Below are positions 12,594-26,601 of a stretch of DNA of 61,992 nucleotides, one piece after another; the first letter of the stretch is position 1, and each line of letters starts with the position of its first letter. Source of the DNA: Harriotta raleighana (Eukaryota). The notes below the pieces were generated by a model. It worked only from the letters and a program-made list of their open reading frames with translations, had not been told where the DNA came from and did no database searches. The translations under genes and the position numbers were made by a program. The stretch spans positions 434,584 through 496,575 of the forward strand of contig JBNZDD010013694.1 in NCBI GenBank assembly GCA_050575255.1. The letters run 5' to 3'.

Positions 12594-13698
12594 ATAAGGA
12601 AGTGAAAAGTGTGGGTTTTGTGCAGACTTGTTGACAATCTCTGACCTGACAACAGATCTTTTTTTAAGGATGTTATTAACATGGCATCAATTGCCTTCGG
12701 TGGGAGCCAATTCTGCATAGTCAATGGCTTTGGTACGGGAGAAGAACAAGATTCCTTCTAACTTCAAGATTTGCAAGAGACTTTGTTAATTTTATATTCA
12801 TGCCCTCCAGTTGCCACTTGTAATCAAAGATAAAACAAAACATATCTTTATCAGGGTTTAAAATGTTCATGAATAAAGTCCATAAAGAATCAGCATCTGT
12901 TGTGTGCTCCACTCCAATTCTACTTTAGAATGAAAAGCACTGTGTAAAATTTTCTTTCCATCTTTCATGTGGAAGGAAACAAAAAACACAAAATATATCA
13001 TCCACTTCGAGCAGATAATTGTATTCTATGTATGTCACCAAACCTTACCCTGTCTGTGTCTACCATAAACATAATGTGACTCATAATCATAATCATGGGG
13101 GAGAAGGCTGCCTATAGTTCGACTCAATGCCAGTTTAGCATTCTGACAAATGCTTTTTTCTAAAATATTGTTTGCAATTAAAGAAATAAGGAATAGTTTT
13201 CTGCATAAGCTTTATAATTTAAACTGATCTTTGAAAATGGATGGGACAATGTTGGGGCACCTTGTAGCAGTAGGATACAGGTTCTAATCTTTCCTGAATT
13301 TCAATCTTGGCTATTTGTTTGGAGATGTTGAGTTGGAGAGATTCTATGAAGATAACTCAATACTGTATAAAGTTAATTACTTCATGTGCTCTCTTGCTGC
13401 ACAATTGCCAGCTGAACACTAGCACTGCTGGAGGTACATGAGGCTATCAGAAGTCAGATATCATCATCATTGCAGCCTCAGAGGTCATCACTGCAGATGT
13501 AGAGCACTCCGACACGCCACCCGCCAGAAGAATACAATATAATTGCAAGTTGTTATTGTCATGAAGATGGTCGCTACAGGTGGAGAGGCCTTCACTGAGA
13601 TGCAGAGGTCAGACCTATAGCTGTCGAAGTGAGGCCTACATGTGTAGAGATCAGCCCTACTTGTGTTAACAGTCCAAAGTTGAACACAACAGCCTTTT

Positions 13699-13765
13699 CA
13701 ACAACAGCAACAACTTCGATTTATATAGCGCCCTCCACGCTGGACGGCATCTCAGAGCGCTTTCA
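13699..13765 (-). mobile_element. Short L2-type 3' end
   Basis: caacaacttcgatttatatagcgccctccac..tctcagagcgctt; near-identical piece at 58602-58668. Confidence 0.7.
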
Positions 13766-15431
13766 GTGCGGAGTTCAGTGAAATTCCCAACTGAAGTGTA
13801 ACATAACCCCCCAAAAAAATTATCTCAAGGCATAAATACAAGATTAGACATGTTTAAGAAAAAATTTGTTAAATTTTAGGAGCACCTGGACCGAGAAAAA
13901 AAGCCTCAATTTATTTTTCGTGCATTTAAACCATTCGGCTTCTGCTGGTTCATGCATCCAGCTCAAACTGTTCATGGAAAATGAACTACAGTTTTGTGTA
14001 GCCGGCCTCTGAAGACAGAATATAAATTAAACTGCAACTTCTCATAACGGCCACTTAATTTGAGCACATAAATCACTTTGGAGACTAGTTCCTCTCCAGA
14101 GATACAGTTAGTAACAACAAGACTTTCCAGCAATATCAGTCCAGTGAAAGTACGTGGAGCAGGTTTGTAATTGAGAGATGCATAGTTTCGTGCCTGGTGA
14201 AACAATCATGTTGTTGTGTCATCCATTGTGTCTACACTAACTAAGCTCTTTTCATCAAATCTTCTTCTATGTTCTAAGTCATTTATGAAGATTGGTGGGA
14301 GGGAGCAACAAAAGATCATATTCAACTATTTTGCTCCAAAAAGAAATAGAATGAAAAAACAATGAACATGTGTATGAATGGTGTACTGCACGTTTGAATT
14401 AGGATTTTAAGCATCGCTATTGAAAGTGACAACAATTATAGTCTTGCTACAAGAAAATGTGTTATTTATACTAATAAAATAACAATGTCTCTCTGTCTGC
14501 ACTTCACAATGGATCTCAATAATCGAGTGACGTAGAGACAGGATGTATACCTCAACAAAAAGTTCTTGCATCTAGGAGTTACAAGAGCATATTTGTTTTT
14601 AGGTTTCTCCTATTCTTTATGTGTTATGAGCTAAAATGTATTTCAGTGTGCATTTTTCACTGCAGTCAAATCTGGTGGCCACCAAGTCAAAGTGACGCTG
14701 TGGTATTCTGCATCACAGAACATTCATGAAGCCAAGTGATAGCGGGAACAAAATAATGAGTATAGAACAGACAAAGCTAATGGCAACAACAACAAAATTA
14801 CATTTTAGGAAGTGCGGAGTCCTCCCAGATGAGAAAACATAAAGGTGAAATGTCGTTCTGTGTGCCTATCTGTGTGTCAATCTATATTCCATATGGGATC
14901 CTTTGATTGCAACCATAACTGCAATGGGTACAGCTAGTGTTATATATACTTCTTAAAGACCCACAAATATAAAAAACAGAGCAGCTTAAGGTTCATGCAA
15001 AACTAGAGGCATCAACTTGTATGAAAACTTGTCTGAAAACCTATGTGGCTATCATCTTTAATCCCTTAATAAAAACGCTAATAATTTGGTCATTCAATCC
15101 ATGTCTGTGGGACACTGCTGTGGACTAACTGGGTTGTTCTGAATGCCCAGCAGACTGGATAAATAGGTTGACTGAAAAATATGTTTGCAACTGTGATTTA
15201 TTGAACAAGGAAGAGGGATGTGCATCAAATATATGACATTCCCTCTGCTCAGAGTTCAGCGATTTGATTAGAAAACCGCAGTGTCAATATGGAGAAGATA
15301 TATTAAAGCACATTTTGCCTGTGGAAATATGTTTTTAAATTCATAGGTAGGCGACAAATTATGAATGGGGTATTAACAGTGTTTGAGTCACATTCTTGGG
15401 TCTGACCATTTGTTACGTGTCATATTAGTCG

Positions 15432-15685
15432 AGAGATTCCTCCTTTCACATTGGGAGGACATCTCAAAGCATTTTATAGACAAATGTGGCATCTATTTTG
15501 CATACATTTATGTTCCATAAACAGCTGTGAAATAAATGATCAATTTTATTTTGTGGAATGTTGACCAAGATACTGGGGGAAACTCTCTTCTCTTTTAAAT
15601 AGTGTCATGGGATCCTTAACATCCAACTGAACAAGAAGATGGAACCTCAGTTAAAATCTGATCCAAAAGATGGCACTCACCAACA
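15432..15685 (-). mobile_element. Deu-type SINE fragment
   Basis: aatagtgtcatgggatccttaacatccaactgaac..atctgatccaaaagatggcac. Confidence 0.65.
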
Positions 15686-15689
15686 AAGA

Positions 15690-16240
15690 TGGTAACAGCC
15701 CAACTGGACTTTTCAAATGCCCTCTTTGCCAGTCTCCCCAACTCCACCATACACAGGATACAGCGAATCCAAAACTTCACTGCCATCATACTGATTAACA
15801 ATAAACCTAGTACCCCATCAAACTACTTCTTACCAGGCTCCCCTGGCTCCCTATCGCCGAACGGATCGATTTCAAGATCCTCATATTCGCCTTCAAATTT
15901 TTTAATGTCCTGTCACATCTCTAAGTCTCTGATATGCTTAACCGAACACCCAACCCTCTGTCCACTTGACTGGTTCCGGCCTCCTGCATGTCCTACGTAC
16001 CCTTAAGGTCCACCTTCAGTGGCCGCACTTTTAGCCACTATGCCCCCAAACTCTTCCTCTATCCTTCTGTCTTGCCCCTTCCTTCCCCATCTTTAGATTG
16101 TGCCTGAAATCCTTCCTCTTTGACCATGCCCACGATCACCAACCCCTCTCCTGGCCTGGTGTTATAATCTGCTACTGTCAAGTACTCTGGGATGCTACCT
16201 TGCATGAGGGATGCTATATAAATGAAAACTGTTGTTGATA
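15690..16240 (+). mobile_element. L2 LINE 3' fragment
   Basis: LDFSNALFASLPNSTIHRIQRIQN peptide; 3' end gatgctatataaatgaaaactgttgttg. Confidence 0.85.
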
Positions 16241-16283
16241 TTGATACATGCCTGGATTCAAGCCTCATATCAGGTCTTTGACC

Positions 16284-16571
16284 TCTTAGCAAGCATGAGA
16301 CCTGTGTTCGAATCCAGGCAGATCAGGGCGAAACCTTGGGCAAGTTTCCTTACTCCACACGCCTAATAATAATCCCTCCAAAAAAACAATAATAAAATTG
16401 GTCATTTCAATCCACGACTGTTTGTGGGACACTGCTGTGCGCAATTGGCTGCCGCGTTCCGCCCACAAATATACAGTCAATTCACTTTACAGTATATTCT
16501 GTGAAGCGCTTTGGGACGTTGATAAGATGCGAAAGCGCTATATCAAATGCAAGGATTATTATTATTATTAT
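16284..16571 (+). mobile_element. SINE family A, low-divergence copy
   Basis: B box gttcgaatcc, CpG-retaining body, (att)n tail. Confidence 0.93.
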
Positions 16572-16807
16572 CAGGGCTATGAATGATAGTCCAGCACACT
16601 GCTGGGGAAGAGTTTCTATAAGTTGATGTGATCTGTTTCAGTTTACTGGAAAGGGTTCCCCTTTCCATCGTTTGGTTTGCTCATCAACAAATGCTGCAAA
16701 TTAGACCTCATTAATGTTTAATTTCTCCTAGACAGTGAACCATTCATATGCATTTGGCTGATATTAACTTAACAACAGAACATTTCCTGGGAAGCCAATA
16801 AAGGCTT

Positions 16808-17078
16808 ATAATATAATAATAATCCTTGCATTTAATACAGCGCATTTCACATCTTCGAGACGTCTCAAAGCGCTTCACAGATTATACTGGAAAGTGAAAT
16901 GATGGTATATTTGTGGGCAAAACACAGCAGCCAATTGTGCACAGCATTGACCCACAAACAGTCGTGGATTAAAAACACCAATATATTCTAGTTTTGTTTT
17001 TGACGGATTATTATTAGGAGTGTGGAGTAAGGAAACTTGCCCAAGATTTCGCCCAGTCTGGATTCAAACACAGGTCTC
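16808..17078 (-). mobile_element. SINE family A
   Basis: Reverse complement of the 16284 copy; inverted pair ~240 bp apart. Confidence 0.92.
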
Positions 17079-17152
17079 ACATTTGAATGGAGGAACAATT
17101 GAATGGAGTTTCTTGACTGCACATAGAATCGTAGTCTGTAATATTTGCAATG

Positions 17153-17384
17153 ATGATTGCAGGGGTTAGGGAACTAAAATGACTTATTGCTACACAAAGG
17201 ATAATTTTCCTCCAAGTTTCGTGAACCANGATTGCAGGGGTTAGGGAACTAAAATGACTTATTGCTACACAAAGGATAATTTTCCTCAAAGTTTCGTGAA
17301 CCACTTCNATGATTGCAGGGGTTAGGGAACTAAAATGACTTATTGCTACACAAAGGATAATTTTCCTCCAAGTTTCGTGAACCA
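17153..17384. repeat. Triplicated ~77-bp unit separated by Ns (17229, 17308); probable assembly artefact
   Basis: Near-identical units, each junction is a single N. Confidence 0.85.
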
Positions 17385-17574
17385 TGGCTATGTGAAAGGT
17401 CATTCCATTCTGATTTTTAGTAATTTTTTTTAGCATTTTGATGATTCTTTAGTTCCAAGATTCTGATTGAATCGCATCTATTCCATTCACAGAACTGCAC
17501 AACAGTGAGATGTCTTCGGTTCCACGTTACAAAAATTAAAAAGGAGCAAGTAAAACTGCAAATGCTCAGCGTTC

Positions 17575-17735
17575 AGGCTGACTTAAGCAGTTATACTTGC
17601 CTCTAAATCAAGGTTGATGTCTAGACTTTGAGCTGACATTCAGTGCAATTCTGTGGAAGTGCTGCATTTTCAGAGTGCTGCATTTGTTGATGAAACATTA
17701 AACAGAGCTTGTTTGCCTGTTTAGATGGACTTTAA
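17575..17735 (+). mobile_element. Deu-type SINE 5' fragment
   Basis: gctgacattcagtgcaattctgtggaagtgctgcattt..gatgaaacattaaacagag. Confidence 0.6.
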
Positions 17736-17739
17736 CTGT

Positions 17740-18475
17740 CGATCACTCCATCCTCCTACACTGCCTCTCCTCCCAGCGCAATCTTCGTGGACCTGCCCTT
17801 GCTTGGTTCAACTCTTACCTCTCTCACTGTCTCCACTTTGTTGCCACCAATGTCTTCTGCTCCAGCCCCTGTCCCAAGGCTCTGTTCTTGCCCCCTACTT
17901 TTCAATATCTACATGCTCCCCCTTGGTGACGTCATAGCAGACATGGGGATATATATGGATGATACCCAACCCTATCTTTCTGCCTCTACCCTCGATTCCA
18001 GGACCACTGCTGTTCTGACATACTGCCTCNGATGATACCCAACCCTATCTTTCTGCCTCTACCCTCGATTCCAGGACCACTGCTGTTCTGACATACTGTT
18101 CAGACTTCAAGTCCTAGATGAGAGATAACTTTCTACAGTTGAATGTCAACAGGACTGAGGCCCTCTTGATTGGCTCTCGCTAGCGCCTTCACACATCAGG
18201 CATCAACCTCTATGGTTGCACAGTCCACCTCACCATGCCAGGCAGTAAACTAGGTGTCTTGTTCGATCCTCGACTGTCTTTTCTCTCCCACATCTATGTC
18301 ATGGCCCGCTCTGCCTTCCCTCATCTCTGCAACATTGCTGACTCTGCCACTACCTCATCCCTCAGGCTGCTGAAATTCTAATTCATGCCTTCATCATGTC
18401 CAGGCTCGATTATGCCAACTACGCTTGTCGGGCCTTCCCAATTCCTCCCTCTACAAACTGCAGATCAAACAGAAT
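17740..18475 (+). mobile_element. L2 RT fragment (small N-associated duplication at 18030)
   Basis: [25 protein letters not shown] (RT YxDD region). Confidence 0.88.
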
Positions 18476-19139
18476 GGGCTTCATGCTTCCATAAAAGACT
18501 CAAGTGTGAAACTTGATCTAGTTCCCTCTGACAGGATTCAGACTAAATGATCTTTAATTTCCAGGCTCATGCATTTTATGAAAACTAAGGACTTTCTGTA
18601 AATTAAACCAGTCAACATTTCTTAACACAAACACCATTTTTAATCCCGCAAATTCAAAATATAAATTGACATCATGTGAAACTTGTATTGGAATAACTTA
18701 ACATCACAACGTAATGGATTTCTACCACAATCTAAAGTTTGTTCTTAAATTTGCTGCTTCCTTGATTAAATAGTCACACTTTCTAAAATAGCAAGTGTGA
18801 TGTTGTAAAATTGCAAGTAGGTATCAGCCTCCCCAAGGTGATCTGCTGAAGTATTGTACTTGATCTCTGAAAGACCTGTTTGCCCCCCTAAGGAAATATA
18901 AATCTAACTTTCCCAAAAGAGCTACAAAAATGATCCAAACCAATTATGAACAAATCTCACACAACAAAGTTGAAAATCCAATACTCATAAGCATTATTAG
19001 GACAGTGATTTCCAGCTTGTGAATACTGAAATTTCAATTCCAATGAAACGTATTTTACATGAATCATTTAGCAATCTATTCACTACATTTTAATGATAGG
19101 GAATCCCATTATAAAATACAAACCCTGTGTTTTGCATAG

Positions 19140-19390
19140 TCATTGAAGGTTGGCAGGCTATGTGATTGAGTTGGTGCCATAGTCAAGTCCAATACTATCT
19201 TATCCTCACTCATCATCGCTATCCCCCTTCTAGCAAGATTCTTTGGATAATGATCAGTAATGGAAACCTTAACTACTTACCCTTCACAATTGCATGAGAC
19301 CCAAGACCAATTGTATTGCCAAAACCTGTAGCTCTATGGTTCATATGGACCAGTGCTGCACTAGGCAAATCTTTACCCACTAGGCCATTG
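19140..19390 (-). mobile_element. Ancient AmnSINE2-like SINE fragment
   Basis: gttggcaggcta..tggataatgatcagtaatggaaacc..ccaattgta; homologous to 58060-58300. Confidence 0.5.
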
Positions 19391-19407
19391 AACAAGCCGT
19401 GACCAGT

Positions 19408-19773
19408 TATATTCTTTGCATTTGATATAGCACCTTATCACTTCTTTGAGACATCACAAAGCGCTTCACAGAATGTATTGATTACATATTTTGTGGGCGA
19501 AACATGGCAAACAGTTACACACTGCAGTGTCCCACAAACAGTTGGGGATTGAGTGACCAAATATTTTAACATATTATTATTTATTTGTTTTTGAAGGGAT
19601 TGTTATCCTCAGTAAAGCAACCACTAATCAACTGACAACCATGTTCCTATTTACTGCCAGATGAACAGAGGTGTGTGGAGTAAGGAAACTCACCCAACAT
19701 TTTGCCCTGACCAGAAATCAAACCCATGTCATCTCCCTTGCGAGGCGATACTCTAACCACAAAGCTACAGGAT
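19408..19773 (-). mobile_element. SINE family A, long subfamily
   Basis: Tail, body, internal extra segment and head in reverse orientation. Confidence 0.9.
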
Positions 19774-21876
19774 TTAATTTATCGATTCAGCAGGTTGAGT
19801 AACCTCACTTAACAGGTTTAAATCACATCAAATATTGGGGGCAGAGGAGGAGATAGAGAAACGGCTATAAGCATTAGAGGCAGTTTCTAATCTCACTTAA
19901 TTAAGTGCAGATGCACTTAATTCATCGTGAACACTTTAAAAAAAAGTTCTTTCAAGAATACCTCCACATCCTCTGGAGATTTAGCTGGTCATTTCTCTTT
20001 GGATGAGGGGTGCTCTACTCAATCAGTTGTTAATCAAACTTATCCCCTGAGATATAATGTTCACCCATAGCTAGAGCCAACTTTATACAGAATCCCTGCA
20101 AAAAGTGCTTCTTATCAATTTCAACTGCTCACCCACAATTTTTGAGATGGCTAAAAGGTCATCAATTTAAGAAACAGGGCTGAATTGAGATTCTATACAT
20201 CCCCTATGTGTGCTAATGCCTTTCAAACATCTAACTAGGGCACTGCACCTATCTGGAAGAATGAACGTGAGAAGCATACCTTTTGTTGTGTTTTTTTTCT
20301 ACATTTTGTCTGGAATTTCATTTGGAGTCCAGGGCTGATTGCCAAAAGATGCGTAAATAATTAGAAAGGCATGTGACTAACAAGCTTTCGAATCTCTCAC
20401 TCTCCAAATTTAGCTTTCAATAGCTGAGGCTGAGAATTCTCATGGTCTCAGCTTTAAGACCATCATTTTGGAAAATTCTTCAAATTGTTCTTAATTTTGA
20501 AACAGTTTTTTACTCAAGTGTTTTTTAAGAGCTATGAGGAAAACAATGTCAAAATTAAGAATTTTCCACTTTAAGAAACTGATTTAAATGATGAATTCCT
20601 GACTTCAAGGATTTATACAGCCATATACTGTAATACTACTGACTTTCTCGAAGTGCTTCGCAGAATATACAGTAAAATTAATCACCTGCAGTGTATTTGT
20701 AATTGAATAAAAGGGTTTGGTGGGTACTTAAAAAGCATCTGTTATCATTGTGTTATATCTCTGATGGAGGAGACATTGTGAATTTTGATTATAAACAGTA
20801 ATACGTTTGTTTGTCCATTTAAAGTGCTGTGTAGTTGTGCATAATTGTATATTACAAATAAGTTCACTTAATTTTTATATTTTCTACATTTGATGCTTCG
20901 CTTCCAATTGTAGATACATGCACTTTTTTTGTTAAAATTTGATTTAATTTCTTCTTATTTTTTATGGTCATTTTCCTTGCTGTCCAGCATACGAGTCCCT
21001 ACCCAGTTTTATGTTGATGCCTTTCTTTAATCGGCTGCCCCACAGGCACACGAGAGCAGCCACATACTGTAATATGTTACATGCTAACTTTCTCTAGATG
21101 TTTCTGGAATAGCCTCTCTGCTTAATGTCTCCACAAACAACCTGACAGAGCCTGGCAATTCAGTGCATTTGTGAATGTAAAGGTTGCGGCACAACATATT
21201 CATACACCAATGTCTAGTGTATTATTTGGAGATCTCCCACCTCTCACGATTGTAGTTGTGCATGTGAATTCATGGTGTTTTTTTTACTGAAACTTTCCTT
21301 CAAGGAAGAAGTTACTAAATCTAGCCGATGAGAAAGCAGCTAGGGAGTGAAAAGAAATGAAGCAAACCTCTTAAACTTGGCCAACTAACTCATTCCTATG
21401 GAATTACTCTTCACTATGGGATAGTTTTAAGAGTAGAAATGCTTTGGCAATCTTACAGACCTTATGCTGAGGGAAATTGAAAGTACAATTATTGGTGGGT
21501 AAATTGGTCATTGAATTATGTAAAATTACCCTGTTATCTACAATTTAAAACTATTTTACCTTTGGTTCCAACATATGCCAACTATTACATCTGTGACAAG
21601 ATGTTGAAAATATGGTATTGCAACACAATCACAATACAACATTACATTTTAATGGCGACTTTCATGCCAGAAGGATGTCCGAAGGCCCTTGACACTTCTG
21701 GCCCGGCACTTGTAAAAGTGTAGGAGATATACTATACTAGTGATTTCCAGTCACGATTACATTAATAGTGGGGATATTGGGGTGGAGAGAATACAAGGCA
21801 AGAGATTTACCAACACTGCAGAAAATCTTAAGATTACAAAATCTTCAATAATCTAAAGAGGAAAATGTAGACACAG

Positions 21877-22035
21877 ACAACAACAACAACTTGCATTTAT
21901 ATAGCGCGATCCACACTGGACTGCCTCTCAGAGTATTGACAGACTCTATACAAATGGAATTTTGTGGTTGTTGTTGTCTCCCTGCCTACGTCTGTCAGAG
22001 CCTTTCACATCGAATGGACATCCCAAGGTGCTGGG
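21877..22035 (-). mobile_element. Two short L2-type 3' ends, the second with its tail inverted
   Basis: caacaacttgcatttatatagcgc.. and gagcctttcacatcgaatggacatcccaaggtgctg. Confidence 0.7.
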
Positions 22036-22384
22036 GGACCAGACAGACAGATGCTTAGGTAGTTAGGCACTTCCACCCACTGTGATGTTGTAAATCTCTG
22101 AAGATACATTGCTCAATAATTAGTGGAGTAGTCCAGTTTCATCCTGAAATCTCCAAATCCTAAGCATTTTGAAGCAAACTCAGCAGATGCACTGTGCAGT
22201 TTATTAATCACCAGACCTAATTTGCTTATTCAAATTAATGACAAATTGGATCTTTCTCCTATCGTAAAAACTGGATGTCTGACCTGCAGTATTTCTAAAT
22301 GTATTCTGTTCTTTAATTATCACCTGCTATAATTAAGGAATGGTACAGAAATGGTGATCATCTCCTGACTTTGAGTAAATGGTT

Positions 22385-22600
22385 TCTCTCTCCAGCCCTT
22401 TTCAGATCTGAATTGTCAAAAGCTTTGGTCTGATTCTTTCAGAATACCCACCTACCTCCCATCTTCCCTCATACCATCAAGGACATATTGAATGAGTCCA
22501 GGCAACTGACCTCAACTACCCTCCCTGGTATCCTGTTCCAGTCATAATTACCCCCAGGTAAGTAAATACTTTCTGGTTTCTGTGCTGAAATTGTTTAAAT
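22385..22600 (-). mobile_element. Decayed CR1-type 3' fragment
   Basis: ctcaactaccctccctggtatcctgttccagtcataattaccccc..aaatactttctg. Confidence 0.5.
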
Positions 22601-22902
22601 TCCAATTGAACAAAATAGGTGCTAATTCATTTTAAAGCTTTGTTTCCTCTGTTCAATTATACAGAGACACTCAGCAAAATTTATTTGTAGTATTAATTTA
22701 CATGTTAAATGTACCCTAATTGTACTACAGTACTGTTGTTGAAATCACCTGCAGTGGCTTGCTCATAATTTTGTATGTTTCCCATCCCGTATGCACCATC
22801 GGTGGTAGAATTACCCAGATACTTTGTATCAAAGTTAGAGTACAAGCAAACTGTTCCCTTCCTCAGTTGATAAATAATTCAGAACAATGAAAGCAACAAG
22901 TA

Positions 22903-23181
22903 AATAATAATAATATAATAATCCTTGCATTTGATGTAGCGCTTTTCACATCTTCTAGATGTCTCAAAGTGCTTCACAGAATATATTGTAAAGTGAATTG
23001 ACTGTATATATGTGGGTGAAATGCAACAGGCAATTGCACATAGCAGTGTCTGACAAACAGTCGTGGATTGAAATGAACAATTTGTTTTAGGAATCATTAT
23101 TAGGCATATGGTGTTTCATCCTGCCTGGAATCAAACCTGGTCTCTCACTTTTAAAACTCTAACCACTGAGCTACAGGACCC
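22903..23181 (-). mobile_element. SINE family A
   Basis: Tail to aaccactgagctacaggacc head. Confidence 0.9.
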
Positions 23182-23606
23182 CACTTAGTAATTCATTGCA
23201 TGAGTACATATCCATTAAAGTAAATAAAATAAAGATAACCAGCGAGAAAATGACTGTTTGGAAAGCACAATGTAAGGAATAAGCACAGGGTTGGAAGATG
23301 GCAGAGTAGTAGATAGAAGTATTGCAATGACAAAGTCATTAACAACGTAAGCACATTAGTTTGTTTAATAGTGCAGCAATGCAGGACCATCTGCTCAGCT
23401 TAACCTGCAATAAAATGAATTATGTAATTATAGAATAAAACAAAATAGCTAGAAATCTGGTTCATTAATCATATGCTTGTACTGCACTTCATGCAACTTG
23501 TCTCCTAGTTCTGGCAAGAATTTAAACCAATCTTCAATTGTGAAAAGGGAATGTTGAAAGATGTAAGGCACTTTAGGAACAGGAAAAGACCATTATCTTG
23601 CATATT

Positions 23607-23630
23607 NCCCCCCCCCCCCCCCCCCCCCCC
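23607..23630 (+). repeat. Poly-C run next to an N
   Basis: Seen directly; length unreliable. Confidence 0.8.
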
Positions 23631-23786
23631 ACCCTCACCGACACACAACCCGCACCCCCACCATGCTATTTGACTCTTTATAATTTTCAAATGATAAGGC
23701 CCATCTGATTTTGTCATTCCAGAATAGTCACACTCCCATCACAGTTCTGCAGCAGCACTTGATATATACAGTACAATAATACAGTA

Positions 23787-24105
23787 CTTCCATTTGATAC
23801 TGCACTTGATCACATGATTGAGATGTTTCAAAGTGCCTCACAGAATATAGTGTAAAGTGGATTGACTGCGTATTTTGTGCAGTGTTCACAAACAGTCGTG
23901 GATTGAGTGACTAAATACTTTTTTTTTGAGGGATTATTACCTCAGGAATAGTGATCCGCAATTAACTAATAGCCAATTTGCTACTTACTGCTAGGTTAGC
24001 AGAGACGTGTGGATTAAGGAAACTTGCCTAAGATTTTGCCCCACCTGGGAATCAATCTCGGGTCCTCTTGCTTGTGAGGCGAGAGCGCTAATCACGACAC
24101 TACAG
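23787..24105 (-). mobile_element. SINE family A, long subfamily
   Basis: Body, extra segment and head. Confidence 0.88.
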
Positions 24106-25934
24106 CCATTTGTGTCAATTTTCTGATAGAGATTGTGGAGCAACTAACCTGCTTTAGTCTTGCTTCCAGCTGTTGTGAGAGTGGATAATGTGATTGACAG
24201 CGTTCAAATCACGGTTAGAGAGCTGACTTAACTTGCAGTGCTAAACCTGTAGTTTTCTCCTGGAAAGACTCCAGCACTCAAATTTCATAGAGAAAGGAAA
24301 CGGAATTGGAATTGGGCTACTCTTTCTGGGAATAAACAAAACAGGGGACTGGTTGGCGATCAGTTGTGTTGGTTTGTGCAAGCAAAGAAAGTGTGACAAC
24401 AACACAGCCCAGCATTATAAGAACCTCCTGTGTGAGATAGAGCAGCATAAACATTGCTCTGAGTAGTAGACCAGCCTCTCAGTGTTGTAATTGAATGCTA
24501 TTACAGCAACACTAACTGATCGATTCTCCCACCCAAGCAGAAACATAAGTGGTTGATGGAGATGAATGAAATGGCTGCACACACAAACGCACACTGGCAC
24601 AGAGAGTTCAATAAAGTTCAGTGGGCATATAAATTATTCATTAAGTTTGTTCGCACACACTATTATGCCCTGAATTACTCAGTGTTTGCAAAGGACATAT
24701 GTTTTTCTCGAGTATCCAAGCAGAAACTGGTGTACTGCACCAGTATTCATGGAAATCTAACTCTGATCATATCCAAATTCAGATAATAATGAATCACACA
24801 AGCAGAAATTATGTATTTCACAATAATCTACATCTTTTCCTTAGGGGATCTAGGACACTCCACTATTAGTAATTGGTTCTTCTGGAGCAGTAAGATAATT
24901 TGAAATCTAAAACTAATTAAAAGTCTCATGACCCACGGTACAAAATAATAGCATTCATATGCTCGATGACACAGAAGATGTAAATGATTGTCTTGTACCA
25001 AGTCCCTCTCCACAACACCAGAGACTCAATTTCATATCATCTTACCTTTAAGACTTGTCCAAAGATGATGTGGTATATTGGAAAATTCAAAAATTCTGCC
25101 TTAATTTTGAAGCCAGTTCTTGAAACTAGCTGGGGAAATTTGACTTTCGAATTAAGACTGAATTTAGGAATTTTACAAAATCCTGTACAACGCTACATTT
25201 CAAAAGAATGATCTTCAGGCTAAGATCATGAGAAATCTAAGGCTTCAAATGTCAACTTCAGAAATGCAGTAATGCAGAATTAACGGTTATTCAATAATGC
25301 ATCCTTCAGAAATAACAGTTATTGAATGTTTTAGTATCTCCAACCAATGGAGTTTACAAACAGATATCTCATCCATAAGCTAATAACAATTTTAAAAAGT
25401 AAGGAAGTCACACCCACAATGTTAACTTTCTTCATTTGCTGATACACCTACCTATCCAGCAATAGTTTTTATTTCCCACTTCCAATATCTGTTTTTTTTG
25501 TTTTTCAAAAGCCCTCCTCACGACATGTAGGAATCCCTCGAAAATAAATGGCTTTTGTTTTGTAAGACAAAAGCCATTTACGCATTCTTAACCCACACCT
25601 GTGACACAGTAAAATAATCAATTACAGAATAGGTTAGTTTCCAATGGGAAAGCCTTTTCAACAAGATAAAGAATTGTGTTTGCCATTTAGACATCATTGC
25701 AAAGCAATGTTGCAATGGTTTTGATAATGGTTTTGATACTGTGTCTTAACATGAGGGCACCAGAAGGAAAAGGGTAAGATGAATTACAGACTAGATCAGT
25801 AGAGCCAATGCTGCAAACATTATGAGTGTTAAGTAAGGTTACTTACAGCTGAAGAAATAGATTGTAGTTTTGATTAAATAGCTGAGGTGAATGTATGATT
25901 TCCTCTGAACCTTTGACCATCGATTAAGCTTTAA

Positions 25935-26122
25935 AAGCTCTGAAAAGAGGATGAGTCTCAGATCAGGGAGGTAGACATTTATTTGAGGAGGATGGGTTTG
26001 TGAGGTTATGGGGAGAGAGCTGGAGAGTGGGATTAAATTGCTCTTTTTATAGAGCCGGCACAGACTCAATGGGTCGAATGGTCTCTTTTTGTGCCGTAAA
26101 ATTCTATGATTCTATGATTCTC
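25935..26122 (+). mobile_element. CR1 LINE 3' end with (ATTCTATG)n tail
   Basis: ggcacagactcaatgggtcgaatggtctc..gtaaaattctatgattctatgattct. Confidence 0.85.
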
Positions 26123-26601
26123 TGATCTGATGATCAAGCTATGGGATACCACTGGAAGCACCGAGAAACATTACTGAGAGGAAGCAAAGGGCCTCGCAAC
26201 CTAGCACCCAGTACTCATCTTACTATAAATCTCACTGCACATTTTACTTTCATGAGGCATCATTCAATCAAGTATCCTCTTCGACTGCCCTCAAGTCATA
26301 ACTGTCTTTAACTGTGTTGTCTCCATTGAGACCCACCCAAGCTGACAATACAATTACTTCAACTTCAATCTCAATGTGGAGCAATCCTAAAGACTCACAA
26401 TCCAATGTGTCTCATAAGCCACCATCACTGCTTTATTACCAGCATAAATCCAATATGATAGAATGCAGATATGAGTGCATGAATAGGTATAGGTGTGCAC
26501 TGGATTCCTCAGTGACTTCTGAATCTCAAAGAACTGTAAATATTTATAAACTGTAGTGAATCCCCAAAGGATCCTCGAGAACCCAGGATTGCCTTCTCCA
26601 C

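Noticed and set aside
6925-14205. Short unique ORFs at 6925, 12721 and 13972 (minus strand)
   Set aside because: Lengths expected by chance; no recognisable domain or consistent exon chain.
17153-17384. Regularly spaced direct repeats resembling a CRISPR array or minisatellite
   Set aside because: No unique spacers, junctions are Ns, eukaryotic context, no cas genes.
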